64,000 nucleotides of DNA, taken from Desulfobacterales bacterium. Its GTDB lineage: Bacteria > Desulfobacterota > Desulfobacteria > Desulfobacterales > UBA2174. A program made the position numbers and the translations under genes. Where the stretch lies: positions 672,001 to 736,000 of the forward strand of contig CAXXWC010000019.1 of assembly GCA_963668645.2 (NCBI GenBank), written 5' to 3'. Position 1 is the first letter of the stretch, and every line of letters starts with the position of its first letter. Positions 51,267-62,700 of this stretch are shown piece after piece. The notes below the pieces were generated by a model. That model saw only the letters and a list, made by a program, of their open reading frames with translations. It searched no databases and had not been told where the DNA came from.

Positions 51267-52259
51267 CTATTTGTGATAGCCAACTTTCTGGTAGAATTTC
51301 AAAGCCCCCGGATGGATCGGCAGCGAGATATTGCGTGCCATCCCCTCTGCAGTAAAGGTGCGCAGGGCCGCATGGTGATCCTGGTACTCTTTTGCATTGC
51401 CGGCCATTGCCTCGACAATGGCATAGGCGACCTCGTCGGGCACGCCGGCGTTGATAATAATTTCTCCGCTGCTGCACGGGCATTTCACGTCATAATCGAT
51501 TCCCCTGTAAATGCCGGCCTTCATGACCCGGGTGAGGGTGCCCGAACTTTGATTGACCTTCTCCAGCAGATCGTCGCCCCATTTGAGGACCTTCATATCC
51601 CTTACGGTGGTCAGCTCCATCAACCACCCGGCCTTGCCTACGGCCGCAGCGCAGATCATGTCGGCATGGCCGTCTTTTATCAGGGAGACGGCATCTCCCC
51701 ATCGCACAAAATTCACCTCTCCACCCCAGGACTTGATGTCGTCCCAGGAAAGGCCCCTTGACTTGAGCGCCAGGCGAAACTCCATCTCGGTGATCGAGCC
51801 CTTGGAAAGGGTGCAGAGCCGGACCGGGTATTTCTTTTCGATCAACTCATCGACCGAATCCACCGGCAGGTCTGCGCGGGCCACCATGAAATAGTACATC
51901 TCGTCTTGCACGTTCATCAGTGCCCTGACATTGGAATAATCCTTGTCCATGGGGGCCTCGCCCTTTTCGGCCATGGCGCACAGGGTGTTGGAGGTGCTGG
52001 CGATATCCAGTTCGCCGGAATTGACCCGGGCCAGATTGCCGACCCATCCGCCCGGCACCACGGTCATGTCAATCTTCGGGTGGACGCCCTTGACCACCTT
52101 GCTGAGACCGGTGAGCATCACAAAGCCGGCGCCTCCGACGGCACCACCGCCGGCCCTCATGATCGCGCGCAGTTGCGAACCGGCCCAAGCCGCCGGAACA
52201 AACATCGTAGAGACAAGCATCAGGGCAAACAGAACGGTGGCACACTTGAAACGTTTCAT
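51267..52259 (-). CDS. TAXI-family TRAP substrate-binding protein (module B)
   Basis: Signal peptide MKRFK...AAWA; PIHPGALKFY; GGGGAG RBS. Confidence 0.92.
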   Translation of the reverse strand: MKRFKCATVLFALMLVSTMFVPAAWAGSQLRAIMRAGGGAVGGAGFVMLTGLSKVVKGVHPKIDMTVVPGGWVGNLARVNSGELDIASTSNTLCAMAEKGEAPMDKDYSNVRALMNVQDEMYYFMVARADLPVDSVDELIEKKYPVRLCTLSKGSITEMEFRLALKSRGLSWDDIKSWGGEVNFVRWGDAVSLIKDGHADMICAAAVGKAGWLMELTTVRDMKVLKWGDDLLEKVNQSSGTLTRVMKAGIYRGIDYDVKCPCSSGEIIINAGVPDEVAYAIVEAMAGNAKEYQDHHAALRTFTAEGMARNISLPIHPGALKFYQKVGYHK

Positions 52260-52365
52260 ACACTCCCCCTTTGTTGCTCTCTGAAAGAAGTGAACTGCCC
52301 GGAATCGATCCACCCGGCGGCGCCGAGCCGGCGGCCCTCCATTGAATATTGAATAAGGCCCGCGA

Positions 52366-53703
52366 TCAATCCCAATGAATGTCCTTTCTAGCCATCGCTG
52401 CGCGTTGAATGTCCTCCCTGAAGTCGGGATGACAGATCTCGATCAACGCCTTGGCGCGCTGGCGCAGGTTTCGGCCTCGCAAAGCAGCGATTCCGTATTC
52501 GGTCACCACGTAATCGGCCAGCGTTCGAGGCGTGGTGACCGTGGCCCCCGGCGCCAGGGTCGCGCCGATTCTCGACACCTTGCCCCCGGCCGCCGTGGCG
52601 GGCATGGCGATCACGAATTTCCCCCGGGGCGCCATCGACGCACCCAGAGCGAAATCGAGCTGCCCGCCGGTTCCCGTAAACAGCCTTGTGCCGATGCTTT
52701 CGGCACAAATCTGGCCCGTGACATCCACCTCGATGGCCGAGTTGATGGCCACCATGCGCTGGTTTTGCGCGATGATGTTCGGATCGTTAGTGTAAGAAAC
52801 CTCCCGGAACTCGACAACCGGATTGCCGTCCAAAAACGAAAACAGCTTCCCGTCGCCCATTACAAAGGTGCAAACGACCTTATGGGGATCGACGGTTTTT
52901 CTCTTTCCGTTGATCACGCCTCTTTCCATAAGCTCGATAACGCCGTTGCCGATCATCTCCGAATGGATGCCGATGTTTTTGTGGCTTTTCAAGGCGGCCA
53001 GCACCGCGTTGGGAATGGCGCCGATCCCGAGCTGGAGGGTGGCGCCGTCCTCGATCAGGGAGGCCACATGCTTTCCTATGGCCATTTCTACGGCGCCGGT
53101 TTTAATCTGCGGTGTCTCATAAAGCGGATAACTGGCCTCGATCAGGTAGTCGAGATCCGACAGATGGATCCGCGATCCGTAGGTCACGGGAACCAGATCG
53201 TTGATCTCACCGATGACGATCTTGGCCGACTTGGCCGCCGTCGGCAAGTAGGAGGTGCAGATCCCGTAGCTGCAGTAGCCGTATTCATCAGGCGGGGAAA
53301 GCTGCAGCACAACGATGTCCGGCCTGATGTGGCCCGCCTGCATATACGCAGGCATCTGGCCGAAACGGTTCGGGATGTAGTCGGCATTGCCCTCCAGCAT
53401 GCTCTGGCGGCTGTTGGGCCCGAGCATGAAGGCATTGTGAAAAAAGCTGTCTTTATAACACGGGCTGAGATATTCGGCCGGCCCTTCCACCCGGACATGG
53501 GTGATCCAAACATTTTTGAGCTCAGCGGCGCGCGCCACCATCGACCGCACGAAGGCCCGCGGCGAGGCGCTGGAATGGCCGGTGACGATAAGATTCCCTG
53601 ATTGTACCAGTGCTGCGGCCGCGTCGGGTGTCACCGTCTCCGGCTTGTTGGACAATTTTTCCGCAGCGTTCGAAAGATCGTGGTTTTTCATGTGCATGAC
53701 CAT
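52366..53703 (-). CDS. Acetyl-CoA hydrolase/transferase family CoA-transferase (module B)
   Basis: LQLGIGAIP, HSEM, GGQLDF and HPDFRE; clear paralogue of 42486-43811; start uncertain (53691-53754). Confidence 0.92.
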   Translation of the reverse strand: MVMHMKNHDLSNAAEKLSNKPETVTPDAAAALVQSGNLIVTGHSSASPRAFVRSMVARAAELKNVWITHVRVEGPAEYLSPCYKDSFFHNAFMLGPNSRQSMLEGNADYIPNRFGQMPAYMQAGHIRPDIVVLQLSPPDEYGYCSYGICTSYLPTAAKSAKIVIGEINDLVPVTYGSRIHLSDLDYLIEASYPLYETPQIKTGAVEMAIGKHVASLIEDGATLQLGIGAIPNAVLAALKSHKNIGIHSEMIGNGVIELMERGVINGKRKTVDPHKVVCTFVMGDGKLFSFLDGNPVVEFREVSYTNDPNIIAQNQRMVAINSAIEVDVTGQICAESIGTRLFTGTGGQLDFALGASMAPRGKFVIAMPATAAGGKVSRIGATLAPGATVTTPRTLADYVVTEYGIAALRGRNLRQRAKALIEICHPDFREDIQRAAMARKDIHWD

Positions 53704-53806
53704 CGCGCGAGTTGCCCCATGAAAACTGAGGATTGCAGCGGCCGGCGACATCACGAGGAGCGCCGGCCGCCGTTGCGGTTATCGGCCCGCGGGCCGACGC
53801 ACAGCG

Positions 53807-54022
53807 CTATTCGATCACCGCCAGCAAGGCGTCTTTTTGGACCGCCTGGCCCGCCGTTACGTGAAGTTCCAGGACCTTTCCGGCCTGGGGGGCGACGATG
53901 GGCATCTCCATCTTCATCGCCTCCATCACGAACATCTGTTCATGCAGCGTAACATCCTTGCCGATGGTGGCCAGCACCTGAACGATCTTCCCCGGCATGG
54001 GTGCGGTAACTTGTCGACTCAT
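53807..54022 (-). CDS. Stand-alone biotin carboxyl carrier protein (module B)
   Basis: APMPG and EAMKM motifs; 71 aa. Confidence 0.93.
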   Translation of the reverse strand: MSRQVTAPMPGKIVQVLATIGKDVTLHEQMFVMEAMKMEMPIVAPQAGKVLELHVTAGQAVQKDALLAVIE

Positions 54023-54064
54023 CGCTTTTTTCCTTTCTGTGACAGGTTCGAACGCCTTGCATGG

Positions 54065-55642
54065 CTAGGGACGCACGCCGTATTTGGCCTTGGGCCCCAG
54101 AATGGTTTTCAGATAGTGCTGCGAAGCTTCCACCAGCCGCGCCAGCCTTGACCGGGTCTCCCGTGGATCGATAATGTCTTCGACGGCAAAGTATTCCGCC
54201 GTCCTGAACGGGGAGCCCAGTGCGATGATCTCCTCTTCGATCTCCCTTCTTCGTTTATCGGGATCCGGGCTGTTTTCGATTTCCCTTTTGAAGGCCGCCG
54301 CCACGCCGCCTTCCACCGGAATGGATCCGAATTCGGCCGAAGGCCAGGCCATCCGGTAGCAAAGCCGATTGTTTACATAGTTGAGCGCGCCGGCCATGCC
54401 ATAACATTTGCGGGTAATAATGGTGAACCTGGGCACATGGGCCTGAAGGCCCACATGCATGGCGCTCATGCCGGCCCGCAGCGTGCCCATGGCCTCGGCC
54501 TCGCGCCCGATCATGAACCCGGGAACATCCACCAGAAAGACCAGGGGGATGTTGAACTCGTTGCACATCTCGATGAAATGGCCCATCTTCTTGGAATCAC
54601 AAGCGTCCGGGGCGCCGGCGTTGACCCAGGGATTGTTGGCCACGATGCCCACCGGATAGCCGCCGATGCGGGCCAGGCCGACGATGGCGGCCACGCCGAA
54701 GGTCGGTTGGATCTCGAAAAAACTGCCTTTATCAAAAACCATGTCGATGACGCGCCGCATGTCATACGGTTTCAACCGGTTTTTCGGCACGATGGACGCC
54801 AGTTCCTCATCCTGGCGCTCGACCGGATCGTCGGTGGGCACATAGGGCGCCATCTCCCAGACGTTTTGCGGCATAAAGCTGAGAAAACGCCGGATCTGCT
54901 CGAAAAGTTCCTGCTCGCTATCCACGGCATTGTCGATGGAACCGCCGAGACTGACCGCCACCTCCCAACCGCCCAATTCCTCCTTGCCGATGGGCATGGA
55001 CATCGCCCGTTCGACCACGGGGGGGCCTGCCGCGAAAAGCTGGGAGGATCCTTTCACCATGACGGAAAAATGCCCCATCACGGCCCGGCCTGCCGGCCCC
55101 CCGGCCGTCGAACCGAGGACCCCGCAGGCCACCGGCACCAGCCCGAGAAGCTCCATGCAGCGTTCGTAGCCGTCTTTGGCCGGCAGTCGCTTGTATTTGG
55201 AGGAAAGCGCCGAACTGACATTGGCCCCGACCCCGTCGATCAGGTTGACCAGAGGGATGCGAAACTCCTTGGCCATGTCCTCGACGAATCCTCCCTGCCC
55301 GCCCTTGCGGCGCGCCAGGCCCGCACTGGAACCGCCGCGAACGGTAAAATCCTCCCCGCCAACGGCCACATCGCGGCCGTCGATCTTGGCCAGCCCCATC
55401 ACATAGGGCGCCGGGGTGATCTCTTTGAACTTGCCGTTCTCCCAGGTGGCCTTTCCGGTCAATTTTCCGATTTCCAGAAACGACCCCGAATCACATAGCG
55501 TATCGATCCGTTCCCGGATCGTAAACTTTCCCTGCTGGTGGTGCCGTGCCACCCGGTCCTCTCCTCCCAAATTCAGTGCCAACTTTCTACGCAGTTCCAA
55601 CTCTTCAATTTCTGCTTCCCAATCCATCACGTCATCCTCCAT
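54065..55642 (-). CDS. Acyl-CoA carboxyltransferase subunit (module B)
   Basis: TIRERI, GEDFTVRGGS, KEELGG, LVDVPGFMIG and AWPSAEFG motifs. Confidence 0.93.
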   Translation of the reverse strand: MEDDVMDWEAEIEELELRRKLALNLGGEDRVARHHQQGKFTIRERIDTLCDSGSFLEIGKLTGKATWENGKFKEITPAPYVMGLAKIDGRDVAVGGEDFTVRGGSSAGLARRKGGQGGFVEDMAKEFRIPLVNLIDGVGANVSSALSSKYKRLPAKDGYERCMELLGLVPVACGVLGSTAGGPAGRAVMGHFSVMVKGSSQLFAAGPPVVERAMSMPIGKEELGGWEVAVSLGGSIDNAVDSEQELFEQIRRFLSFMPQNVWEMAPYVPTDDPVERQDEELASIVPKNRLKPYDMRRVIDMVFDKGSFFEIQPTFGVAAIVGLARIGGYPVGIVANNPWVNAGAPDACDSKKMGHFIEMCNEFNIPLVFLVDVPGFMIGREAEAMGTLRAGMSAMHVGLQAHVPRFTIITRKCYGMAGALNYVNNRLCYRMAWPSAEFGSIPVEGGVAAAFKREIENSPDPDKRRREIEEEIIALGSPFRTAEYFAVEDIIDPRETRSRLARLVEASQHYLKTILGPKAKYGVRP

Positions 55643-56068
55643 TCTCTTCGCTGCAGCTCAGGTGATGATTTTCAGCCGTTGATCGGCCCGTAGCCTCCGT
55701 AGCGTTTTTTTGCCTTGATAGCCGGCACTTTTAACTCCTAAGTTGTACGCTTTTATTGTCGGCTTTTTTGTCTGACATCTTTGGCAGGATATGAAACACC
55801 CTACTGTCTTTGTCAAGCAAAAAACGGAACACCGGAAAAAAAAGAGGCAATCCTTCGAGTTCACGCATAAAAACACTGCCGGGGGACGTGTCGGCAAACC
55901 GGAGCCGTAACCGGGAGGGCCTTTTCAGGCCGGCGGCGGTACAGCCGCAGAGGGCTTGGCCGGCCGCAAAATCGGCCGCCTGTGGATGAACTTCAGGGGA
56001 AATACCGGCGCTAAACCGTCCCGGGGGACGGGTGCAGCAGGGGATCAGAAAAGCATGTTGAGTCGTTG

Positions 56069-56093
56069 ACGGTCCGGCAAGGGGCCGGACCGT
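56069..56093 (-). terminator. Hairpin downstream of gntR3
   Basis: 10-bp stem ACGGTCCGGC / GCCGGACCGT. Confidence 0.4.
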
Positions 56094-56149
56094 TGGCCGG
56101 TGGAGACAAAGCGGTACACTTCAGGCCCGCGGACAGCTCCGCGGCAAGG

Positions 56150-56818
56150 CTAGACAACCCACTTTTTGAATTTTTTCAGGGTGGTTATGGCGCTGCGGAT
56201 ATTCTTTCGCTTCAAAGTCTCGGCCTTTTCCGGGTCTCCTTCCATGATCGCCTGGAGCACCTCACGATGCTCCTGCAAGCCGGCCTGCACACGCCCAGGC
56301 AGCAGGATCAAGCGGCGCTGGACGATGAGCATCTTGGCAAAAATCCGGTCGGCCACCAGCGACAGCTCCGCATTGGCCGCGGCTTGAAGCAGACGGTTCT
56401 GAAACTTGTTGACCAGGGCCAGGTAACCGTCGAGGTTCTTCTCCTTGACCTTCTCTTCGACGTAATCGCCGAACTCGTCCACCAGATCCTGCCAATCGGC
56501 CGCGGTGGTGTTCTCGGTCGCCAGGCGCGCGGCCAGCCCCTCGATCACTTCGCGAAGCTCCATGATTTCGAAGAGGGTCTTGAGGTCGATCCGGCGGATG
56601 GTCGCCCCCTTGTTGGGCTCCTTTTGCACCAGGCCCCGACTTTCCAGGTCCTGGAGCAGCTCCCGGGCCATCTGGCGGCTGATGCCGAACTCCTGCGCCA
56701 GGTCGTTTTCCACCAGTTTGCTGCCCGGAAGGTATTCGCCTTCCACGATACGCTGCCGCAGCACGTCCAGGACCTCGGTTCGATCCAGCCGCTTTGCGGG
56801 TTTTTTCTTTTGCGGCAT
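56150..56818 (-). CDS. GntR/FCD-family regulator 3
   Basis: Near-identical HTH to gntR2; GGAGG RBS before ATG 56818. Confidence 0.92.
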   Translation of the reverse strand: MPQKKKPAKRLDRTEVLDVLRQRIVEGEYLPGSKLVENDLAQEFGISRQMARELLQDLESRGLVQKEPNKGATIRRIDLKTLFEIMELREVIEGLAARLATENTTAADWQDLVDEFGDYVEEKVKEKNLDGYLALVNKFQNRLLQAAANAELSLVADRIFAKMLIVQRRLILLPGRVQAGLQEHREVLQAIMEGDPEKAETLKRKNIRSAITTLKKFKKWVV

Positions 56819-56867
56819 CTGCCCCTCCATCTCTCGAATCAACCGGCAACCGACACATGTTGGAGCC

Positions 56868-56907
56868 AATATATTCAGCCCCGTATTGTATGTCAATATT
56901 GTCGGCA
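56868..56907 (-). promoter_or_regulatory. Sigma70 promoter of gntR3 with an adjacent operator-like motif
   Basis: Minus-strand TTGACA (56891-56896), 17-nt spacer, TATATT (56868-56873); TTGTCGGCA at 56899-56907, in the same geometry as at gntR2. Confidence 0.7.
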
Positions 56908-57139
56908 CTTAGAACCAGCCAGCGCAACGTCCCGGCCCCCCCTTGGAGCACCTGACTTCTATGTGCAGGAAAGGCGCAACCGGCAGTGGACAGTCGGCAT
57001 GGATTTGTCCTCCAGGAGTGACACCCGGCACCTTGCCACCGGCCTGGGCATGGGTCACAGGAAAGCAGTCCGCGGCCCAAGGCACTGCGGGGCACGCGGC
57101 GCGCTTTTTCTGGCATACAATTTGATGGGATGGCTAGGC

Positions 57140-58426
57140 ATGAAAACGGACCTTTTAAATCGCAAGAAGATTCCGATGCCCCCCGGCCCTCCCCGCCGCA
57201 ACCTGGGTTGCCGCGTTCTGGCGCGGACCTGTGCCGCCTGCGGCCAACTCGCCGGGCGCCTCGGCCTGCTGACCCGCGCCCGCCGCCTCTTCGCCCGCGC
57301 CGTGGTCGTCAATCCTCAAGGCGCCCTGGGCCACCGCGGACTGGGCAACGTGCTGCGCCGCAGCGGTCGCCCGTCCGCTGCCGTGCCGTGCCTTCGCCGG
57401 GCGGTTCGCCTGCGGCCCCGGGACGCCAAGGCCTGGTTCGGCCTCGGCCTGGCCCTGCGACGCCTGGAGCACCGCAACCAGGCGCGCGGTTGCTTTCACC
57501 GCACTCTGGCCATCGATCCGGCCCACGCCGAGGCGGCCTTCTGCCTGGGCCAGGCCTACGCCCGCCTTGACCGCCTCATGGAAGCCGGCCACTACTTCCG
57601 TCTGGCCGCAGCGGCCGATTTTTACATGATCGAAGCCCACAACAACCTCGGATGCGTTCTCGACCGGCAAAATCGTCTGCCCGAGGCCCGCGTCTGCCTT
57701 CGCCGTGTCCTGGCCCTTGATCCGGGCCACGCCGTCGCGCGCCATCACCTCGCGGCCCTCGGCGATGCCAATCCGCCGTCGCCGCCGCCGGCCTACGTGC
57801 GCCATCTTTTCGACGGCTACGCCCCCCATTTCGACCAGCATCTGACCGAGGTGCTGCACTACCGGGGCCCGGCAGCCCTGCAGCGCCGGCTCCAGAGCTG
57901 TCCCGGCGCTCCGGTGCACTTCGAGCGGGTGCTGGACCTGGGCTGCGGCACCGGCCTTTCAGGAATGGCCTTTCGCCACCTGGCCGGCCACCTGATCGGA
58001 ATTGACCTGTCGGCCAATATGCTCCAGGAAGCCGGCAAGAAACAGATCTACGATGAGCTTCACACCGCGGCCCTGACCGAATTTCTGGCCCGCAGCCACC
58101 AATGCTTCGATCTTTTCGTGGCCGCCGACGTTTTCGTTTATATCGGCGATTTGGCTCCGGTTTTCAAAGCGGTCCGCCACTGTTGCCGCCCCGGCGCCTG
58201 GTTCGTCTTTTCCAGCGAACGCGGCGCTACTTCGGGCTACGCCCTTCAGCGCAGCGGCCGCTATACCCACAGCCCGGACTACATCGCCCGCCTCGCCGCC
58301 CGCAACGGCGCAAAAATCAAGGCGTACGCCCCCACGGCAATCCGCTGCCATAACGGTAGCGAAGTCCCCGGGCAGGCACATGTTTTGCGGTTCGCCGCTG
58401 GAAGCCGGAACGCCCCGGAAACCTGA
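57140..58426 (+). CDS. TPR-repeat SAM-dependent methyltransferase
   Basis: TPRs (AWFGLGLAL, EAHNNLGCVL), YVRHLFDGYAPHFD, VLDLGCGTGL and AADVFVYIGDL; start uncertain. Confidence 0.88.
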   Translation: MKTDLLNRKKIPMPPGPPRRNLGCRVLARTCAACGQLAGRLGLLTRARRLFARAVVVNPQGALGHRGLGNVLRRSGRPSAAVPCLRRAVRLRPRDAKAWFGLGLALRRLEHRNQARGCFHRTLAIDPAHAEAAFCLGQAYARLDRLMEAGHYFRLAAAADFYMIEAHNNLGCVLDRQNRLPEARVCLRRVLALDPGHAVARHHLAALGDANPPSPPPAYVRHLFDGYAPHFDQHLTEVLHYRGPAALQRRLQSCPGAPVHFERVLDLGCGTGLSGMAFRHLAGHLIGIDLSANMLQEAGKKQIYDELHTAALTEFLARSHQCFDLFVAADVFVYIGDLAPVFKAVRHCCRPGAWFVFSSERGATSGYALQRSGRYTHSPDYIARLAARNGAKIKAYAPTAIRCHNGSEVPGQAHVLRFAAGSRNAPET

Positions 58427-58519
58427 ATGAAATCGGAGGCCGGGGCCCTGGAAGGCAGGTCCGCCGGGGGCGTCAAAGTTGCCGGATCGCCCCCGCGGCA
58501 TACCTGGTGGAGATTGGAT

Positions 58520-59734
58520 TCAAAGAAGATTTCGCCGGCGGATCTCCCATTCACCGAGCCATTCGGGCAACTGGTCCGCCGGCATCGGTTTGGCGCAAAA
58601 ATAGCCTTGGGCCAAATCGCAACCGAGCTGCCGCAACAGACTCCAATCATTGCGATCTTCAGCCCCTTCGGCAACGGTGTGCATTTTCAGCTTGCGCGCC
58701 ATCTGGATACTTCCCTCGAGGATGGCCCGCCGTTTGAGGTCGCGCCAGGCGCCGTAGACGAAACTTCTGTCGATCTTGAGTTCGTCAAAAGGAAAATCGC
58801 GCAATTGGACAAGGGTCGAATTGCCGGTGCCAAAGTCGTCGATGGAAAGCGTCACACCTTTGAGCCGCAGTCGGGTAAGTATGTCCAAAGACGCCACGAA
58901 CTCCTGCATCAAGCGGCTTTCAGTCACCTCCAGGACCAGATACTGGGCCCCGACCCCGGCATCACGCAGCACCTGCATCACCAGATCCGGAAAATCCAGT
59001 GAACACAGATTGTCCATGGAAATGTTCACCGCCACCTTGAGATCAAGCCCGGCATCGCACCAGCGGGCGGCCTGATCCATCGCTTCGATCAAGACAGTGC
59101 GGGTCAATACGTCCATCAGGCCGTTATCCTCGGCCACCGAGATGAACTGGTCCGGCAAAATCAGCCCGTCCTGCGGATGCCGCCAGCGGACCAAACTCTC
59201 AACACCTGCCAGGGAACCATCTGCCAGCGAAACTTTCGGCTGATATAGACAGATCAATTGCCCCTGGGCGATGGCCTGCCGGATCTGCCCGGGCAGGTAG
59301 ATCTTGCGCACCGGCTTGGGCAGGGCCCTCGATTTCGGCTCGGTATCTTCAAGCCGCTGCCGCAGCGTTTCTAGATCCACCGGCTTTTCCAAAGCACCGA
59401 GCAGGTGTATGCCCTGCTCGTCCGCCAGACGCGCGGCGGCCTGCAGGATGCGGCTGCCCTCGCCGCTGAGCAGGAGCAAGCTGCCGGCATATCCGCGATT
59501 CACCAGGTTCCGCAGAAACTCGATGCCGTCCATTTCAGGCATCTGCAAATCCGTGATCACCAAGTCGACCAGTTTTTTTTGATCCGGAGCAAAATGCGCA
59601 AGCGCCTCACTGGCCCGCTCGCAGGTCACTGCGTTGCCATGGCCTAAATAGACAAGCTGACGGCTGAGCAATTTCAGGATAAATGGGTCGTCATCGAGTA
59701 CGAGAATTTTGCCGTACCGGCTATTCGCTTTCAT
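58520..59734 (-). CDS. REC-EAL response regulator (c-di-GMP phosphodiesterase)
   Basis: ILVLDDD, DLQMPEMDG, YQPKV, ESLVRW, IDDFGTG, KIDRSF and QGY motifs. Confidence 0.93.
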   Translation of the reverse strand: MKANSRYGKILVLDDDPFILKLLSRQLVYLGHGNAVTCERASEALAHFAPDQKKLVDLVITDLQMPEMDGIEFLRNLVNRGYAGSLLLLSGEGSRILQAAARLADEQGIHLLGALEKPVDLETLRQRLEDTEPKSRALPKPVRKIYLPGQIRQAIAQGQLICLYQPKVSLADGSLAGVESLVRWRHPQDGLILPDQFISVAEDNGLMDVLTRTVLIEAMDQAARWCDAGLDLKVAVNISMDNLCSLDFPDLVMQVLRDAGVGAQYLVLEVTESRLMQEFVASLDILTRLRLKGVTLSIDDFGTGNSTLVQLRDFPFDELKIDRSFVYGAWRDLKRRAILEGSIQMARKLKMHTVAEGAEDRNDWSLLRQLGCDLAQGYFCAKPMPADQLPEWLGEWEIRRRNLL

Positions 59735-62700
59735 TATCCGCCTCTCCTACCAAGTGCACAAGCTCCGCAACAAGTTCAGTGTACAGGTGCTTAAACTCCT
59801 CGATATGCACCGCTACCAGAGCACCATCACCGCGCTTGCTGGCATTTTCCAGGTCGGCGCACAGGCTCCCCAAGGCCAGGGCACCGATCGATCTGGACGA
59901 AGATTTAAGCCTGTGGGCAATGGCGCCCACGTGCGCGATATCTCCTATGGCGGCGGCCGCTTCGATTTGACCCGCAGACTCGCCCGCGTTTTCCAGATAG
60001 TCTTTTAAAAATTGCCGCAGCAATTGGGGGTCATCACCTATAAGACTCCTGATTACGGACGGATCCACCGCCGGCCGGGGCTGGCCGGTTGCGGCGGTCC
60101 GATCATCTTGTTCCGGTGGCCTTGCGCCGCCCCCCGGACGCGACGGCAGCAGCCATGGCTCCAGGGCCTCGCGCAGCTTTTCCAGAAGAATCGGTTTGGT
60201 CAAAAAAGCATCCATACCCACGGCGGAGGCATCTTCTTTTCCATTGCGCGTTGCATCGGCCGTCAACGCTAAAATAGGCAGGCGTGACGGCTTTTTCCCC
60301 ACAGTGGCCGCCCTGGCTTCTTCTGCGCGGATGGCTCGCGCAAGTTCATAGCCGTTCATCGCGGGCATGTGCAGATCGGCCAAAAGCAGCCCGAAGCGGC
60401 CTTCCTGCCACAAACGCAGGGCTTCTGCACCATCGTTGGCCACTTCCGCGGCATAGCCCAGCAGATTCAATTGCTGGAGGATGACCTTTTGATTGACGAT
60501 ATCGTCCTCGGCCACCAGGATCAGGCGGCCGGCGGTGCGTTCTTTCTCCGTGTTGACCGGGGCTGCGGTAAGGCGGGCTTCTTTGGCCGGCCTGGCCTCT
60601 TCGAAAACCCGGCCGGCGGCCAGGCCCACCGCCCTTACAAGGTTGGCGTAACGCAGCACGTCGGTGTCGATGTTCACCGTGCCCGCACCGATCAGGCGAG
60701 GGTTCGCCCGCCTTCCGTGGGTGATCAGCACTTGGCGCAGACTCGAATCAGACGGCACTTTTTGCCGATCGCCCGCATCGCGGACCAGTACGGTCTCTTT
60801 ATCGGCCCCGGCGATCAATGCCTCTATTTCGCCGGCTGCAGGACGGAGGACCTTAGCACCGGCATGTTCGAGATATTCTTGCAGATCGTCGGCCACGTAA
60901 GACTGGCCGGGAAGCAGGATGCAGCGGATTCCGGCCAGTTTTTGCGCCAGGGTCTTATCCGGCTGCTCCGCCACGGCCTCCAACGGCAGCAGGACCGTGA
61001 ATTTCGTCCCCTCGCCCGGCGTGCTGCCCACGGCAATCTGGCCGCCCATCAGGTCCACGAGGCGTTTGCAGATGGCCAGCCCGAGGCCAGTGCCGCCGAA
61101 ACGGCGCGTAATGGTGCTGTCGGCTTGGGTGAAGGGCTTAAACAATTTTTCCATCATGGCCGGTGGTATGCCGATGCCATTGTCCGTCACCGTAAGACGC
61201 AGCAGGGGTGGATCGGCCGGCTGCATCTCCGCTCTCACCTCCACCTGGCCGCGTTTCTCGGGACGCCCGGCCGAGAACTTTATCGCATTGCCCACCAGGT
61301 TGTAGACAACCTGCCGCAACCGGCTTTCATCACCGAAAATATGCTCCGGCAGTCGCGGCGAAACGAAAAGACGGAGGACCACATGCTGTTGCAGGGTGAG
61401 GCCTGCCAGGGTCCGGGTGATGTTTTCAACCAGATCGGCGATCCGAACCACGCCGTGCTCCAGTTTGATCTGGTCCGCCTCGATCTTGGAAAAATCGAGG
61501 ACATCGTCGATCAGGTGCAGCAAATGACCGGCCGATGTGCGAATGGTTGTCAAAAGATCCAACTGGCCGGGCGACAGCTCACTGTGCGCCAGCACTTCAA
61601 CGAGCCCGAGCACACCGTTCATCGGCGTGCGGATCTCGTGGCTCATACTGGCAAGAAAAGTCGATTTTGCCCGATTGGCGATGTCGGCCTGTTCCTTGGC
61701 CTCTTGCAGCTCGTACTCCTTTTTTTTGCGCTCGGTGATATCTTCCTTGACAGCCACATAGTGGGTAACTTCTCCCTGGATATTTCGCACCGGCGAGATC
61801 GAAGCCAACTCCCAGTAGAGACTGCCGTCTTTTTTCCGGTTGCAGATTTCACCGTGCCATACGTTTCCCGAGCTGATCGTGCGCCAAAGATCCTTATAAA
61901 ATTCGGTTGGATGAATGTCCGACTTGATTAGCCGCGGATTCTTTCCCAGGGCTTCCTGTATCGTGTAACCGGTGATCCTGGTAAAACTCGGATTGGCATA
62001 CTCGATGGTTCCATCGAGGTCTGTGATCATCACGGTGCTGGGGCTTTGTTCGATGGCCAGACTCAGTTTCTTCAGTTCAAATTCGGTTCTTTCAAGTTCA
62101 TCGATTTTGCCTTTGAGAATTTCGTTGGCTTTTTTCAATTCCCGCGTGCGCTCGACAACCCGGTTTTCGAGGACTTCATGGGATTTTCTCAAGGCGGCTT
62201 CGGCCCGCTTCAGCTCGCTGACATCCTGAACCGTACCGATCATGCGAATGGGATGGCCGCCCCGATCCTGATAGACTTGCCCCCTTTCCCGTACGATCCG
62301 CTCGGATCCGTCCCCGAGGCAGATGCGATGTTCCACATCGTAAAAATCCCGTCCCTTAAGCGCGCTGTTGACGGCCTGATCCACCATGGATCTGTCTTCG
62401 GGATGCACAAAACTTAAAAACGCCTCATAGCTGGGTTGAAACGCCTGGGGCTGCAATCCAAAAATTCTGTAGACTTCATCAGACCAATAGAGACTATTCT
62501 CCTTAAGAACCCATTCCCAGTTTCCCACATGGGTGATGCTTTGGGCTTCACGCAGCCGCATCTCGCTGCGCCGCAATTTTTCCTCGGCCTTCTTTCGATC
62601 GGTGATATCGCGGACCACCGCGACCCCCCACCACTGCCCCTCCATATGAACGGCATTGAGATTCAGCTCCGCCGGGAAACGCACCCCGTCTTTTCTAAGG

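Noticed and set aside
57111..57126. Sigma54-like TGGCATACAATTTGAT
   Set aside because: Has GA instead of the conserved GC at -12 and lies very close to the probable start codon.
56066..57139. N-terminal 358 codons of the 786-aa ORF
   Set aside because: Overlaps gntR3 and its promoter on the opposite strand; TPR-methyltransferase similarity begins only after ~57140.
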